Assembly (NCBI GenBank): GCA_963514005.1
Contig: OY740784.1
Location: 100,254,001 to 100,318,000, forward strand
Direction: 5' to 3'
From: Raja brachyura
Taxonomy: Eukaryota
DNA length: 64,000 nt
Part shown: positions 62,233 to 64,000 of the stretch, piece after piece
How positions within the stretch are numbered: the first letter of the stretch is position 1
Layout of the letters: every line of letters begins with the position of its first letter
Translations under genes and position numbers: made by a program
The notes under the pieces: model-generated
Told to the model about the DNA's origin: nothing
The model's input: only the letters and a program-made list of their open reading frames with translations
The model's database searches: none

Positions 62233-63464
62233 TTACTCACAAAGCACTTCCCTCACTACCGCTTCCCTAGAGCAACCTTGCTTATATTAACTGATAAATT
62301 GCCTAATTTACAAACCAATTTCCTCAGTTTTAAACTGGTTTCCCCCTGTGACTTACCTTTCCCCACGGGTTTCAGACAATAAGCTCTTCTCCCTGCTTCT
62401 CTTTGATTGCTGCATCAGGTCTCTCCATGGGTCTTCGTGTGGAGATCAGTAATGGGGCATTATGAGAATTGAAGCAACATCCAACACTCAAATATCACAA
62501 ACATTGGAACCACTAGCCATGGTGAGGAAGGTTCAGCCTGTTACCAAAGGCAATACCCAAATGAGACCAAATTTTGCTTTGGCTGGAAATTTTGGATTGG
62601 AAAATAATCTCACTCAGCTCATATGCTATTTGATAATACCACCTATCTTCCTATCCAGAGTAAATACACTTTAGGAATGACAGACTGAGACTGAGAACCT
62701 GTGGATACTGGTTTTGTCAACAATAATGCTATATGTGGATTTTCACACCAACAGAACCATAGCAGTGACTATGAGCTCTAAATAAGTCTAAGTTTAAAGT
62801 ACAATCAATCTGTATACATGCGATCTTTGGCCAAATATATCAAAACACCAAATTAAAAAAGAAAACTGTAGCCCAGGAAAACAAAATGTATCTTATTCAC
62901 ATGTTGGAGTTCTTTTAGTCTCTTACAGCTTTTATAGGCCATTGAAATGTATGCTCTATTGATGTTTCTGGTGCAAAATGATAGGAGGGTAAAACTTGAT
63001 TTTGGTGTTTTAGATACAAATCTCAGTAAGAATGATCACTTACAGACTTGGCAACCCGATTTAAATCTGACCAGTATCACCCACCGTTGTGAAAGGCCAT
63101 TATCCTTGACCTTGACTTACTTGGAGTAGGGAAAGGAATAATTCACGCTCTTAATTAAAAGTAGAAATACTGGAGATACTCCATAGTCAGGCAGCATCTG
63201 TGGAGCAAGAATTCAGGTCAATGATGCATAATTTTCTGTTATTATTTCAGATTTCCAACAGTTGCAATTTTTGCTTTTTTGATTCCCACTCATGATTGTA
63301 GGTTGTCCCCTCAGCACTATTTGTCAGCCCATGCAGTTTCTAACTGAAAGCTTTGTTGTTCTTTGATCTGTGATCTGGCTGATGTTGTTCTAGGTGTCAT
63401 TTTCCGCTTAGTATCACTGTGCTCTTCGAAGATGGGGACTCCCCTTTGTTTCCTCGTTGAGATT

Positions 63465-63708
63465 TTTGGGAGTCAGAGAGTTGTGAATCTATGGAATTCT
63501 ATGCCACAGAGGGCAGTGGAGGCCAATTCACTGGATGTATTCAAGATAGCGTTAGAGATAGTTCTTAGGGCTAACGGAATCAAGGGATATGGGGAAAATT
63601 CAGAAACAGGGTACTGATTGTGGATGATCAACCATGATCATATTGAATGGTGGTGCTGGCTCGAAGGGCCAAATGGCCTACTGCACCTACTTTCTATATT
63701 TCTATGTT
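63465..63708 (+). mobile_element. CR1 3' end fragment
   Basis: SQRVVNLWNSMPQRAVEANSLDVFK; 3' UTR GCTCGAAGGGCC..TTTCTATATTTCTATGTT. Confidence 0.88.
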
Positions 63709-64000
63709 TCACTCAATTGATGCAAGAACTACTGTGATGAGAAGTTATTTTTTCCTGATGCCTGTTCCTTCAGATCACAAGGCACAACGGTTCCTTTGCA
63801 TGACACCATTGATGCAAGTGTTTCTCCTGCACTACCCTCCCTCTGCCCTCGACCATCTATACCAACCTTCCATCGCACTCAGAGCCAGAGAGCCAAGGTG
63901 CTGTCTGTTTGTTCCAGGTTGCTCACCAATATTGGAAATACCAAATGTTGCTGTGCTTTTGAGTCAGTTGTTGAAAGAAATCCAGATAAACTTCATAGTT

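Overview
This is eukaryotic, repeat-dominated vertebrate DNA. The repeat content (CR1 LINEs, HE1/V-type SINEs, Penelope, Rex1/Babar) points to a cartilaginous fish, probably a skate or ray; that assignment is inference. I could not recognise any host protein-coding gene, so the window looks intronic or intergenic, and the recognisable ORFs are decayed transposon proteins. It contains many CR1 fragments (one near full length, with an SGNH-esterase ORF1), a full-length L1 nested in a Harbinger MITE, Penelope-like (RT + GIY-YIG) copies with hammerhead cores, a DIRS1-type tyrosine-recombinase element with intact ITR/ICR ends, a Tc1 transposon, SINEs and a 167-N gap. The most notable finding is two sequence-unrelated short (132 and 182 nt) TSD-flanked retroposons at 18592-18723 and 32131-32312. 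Each begins with a minimal CPEB3/HDV-like ribozyme fold, and the helices covary between the two. All folds and alignments were done by eye.
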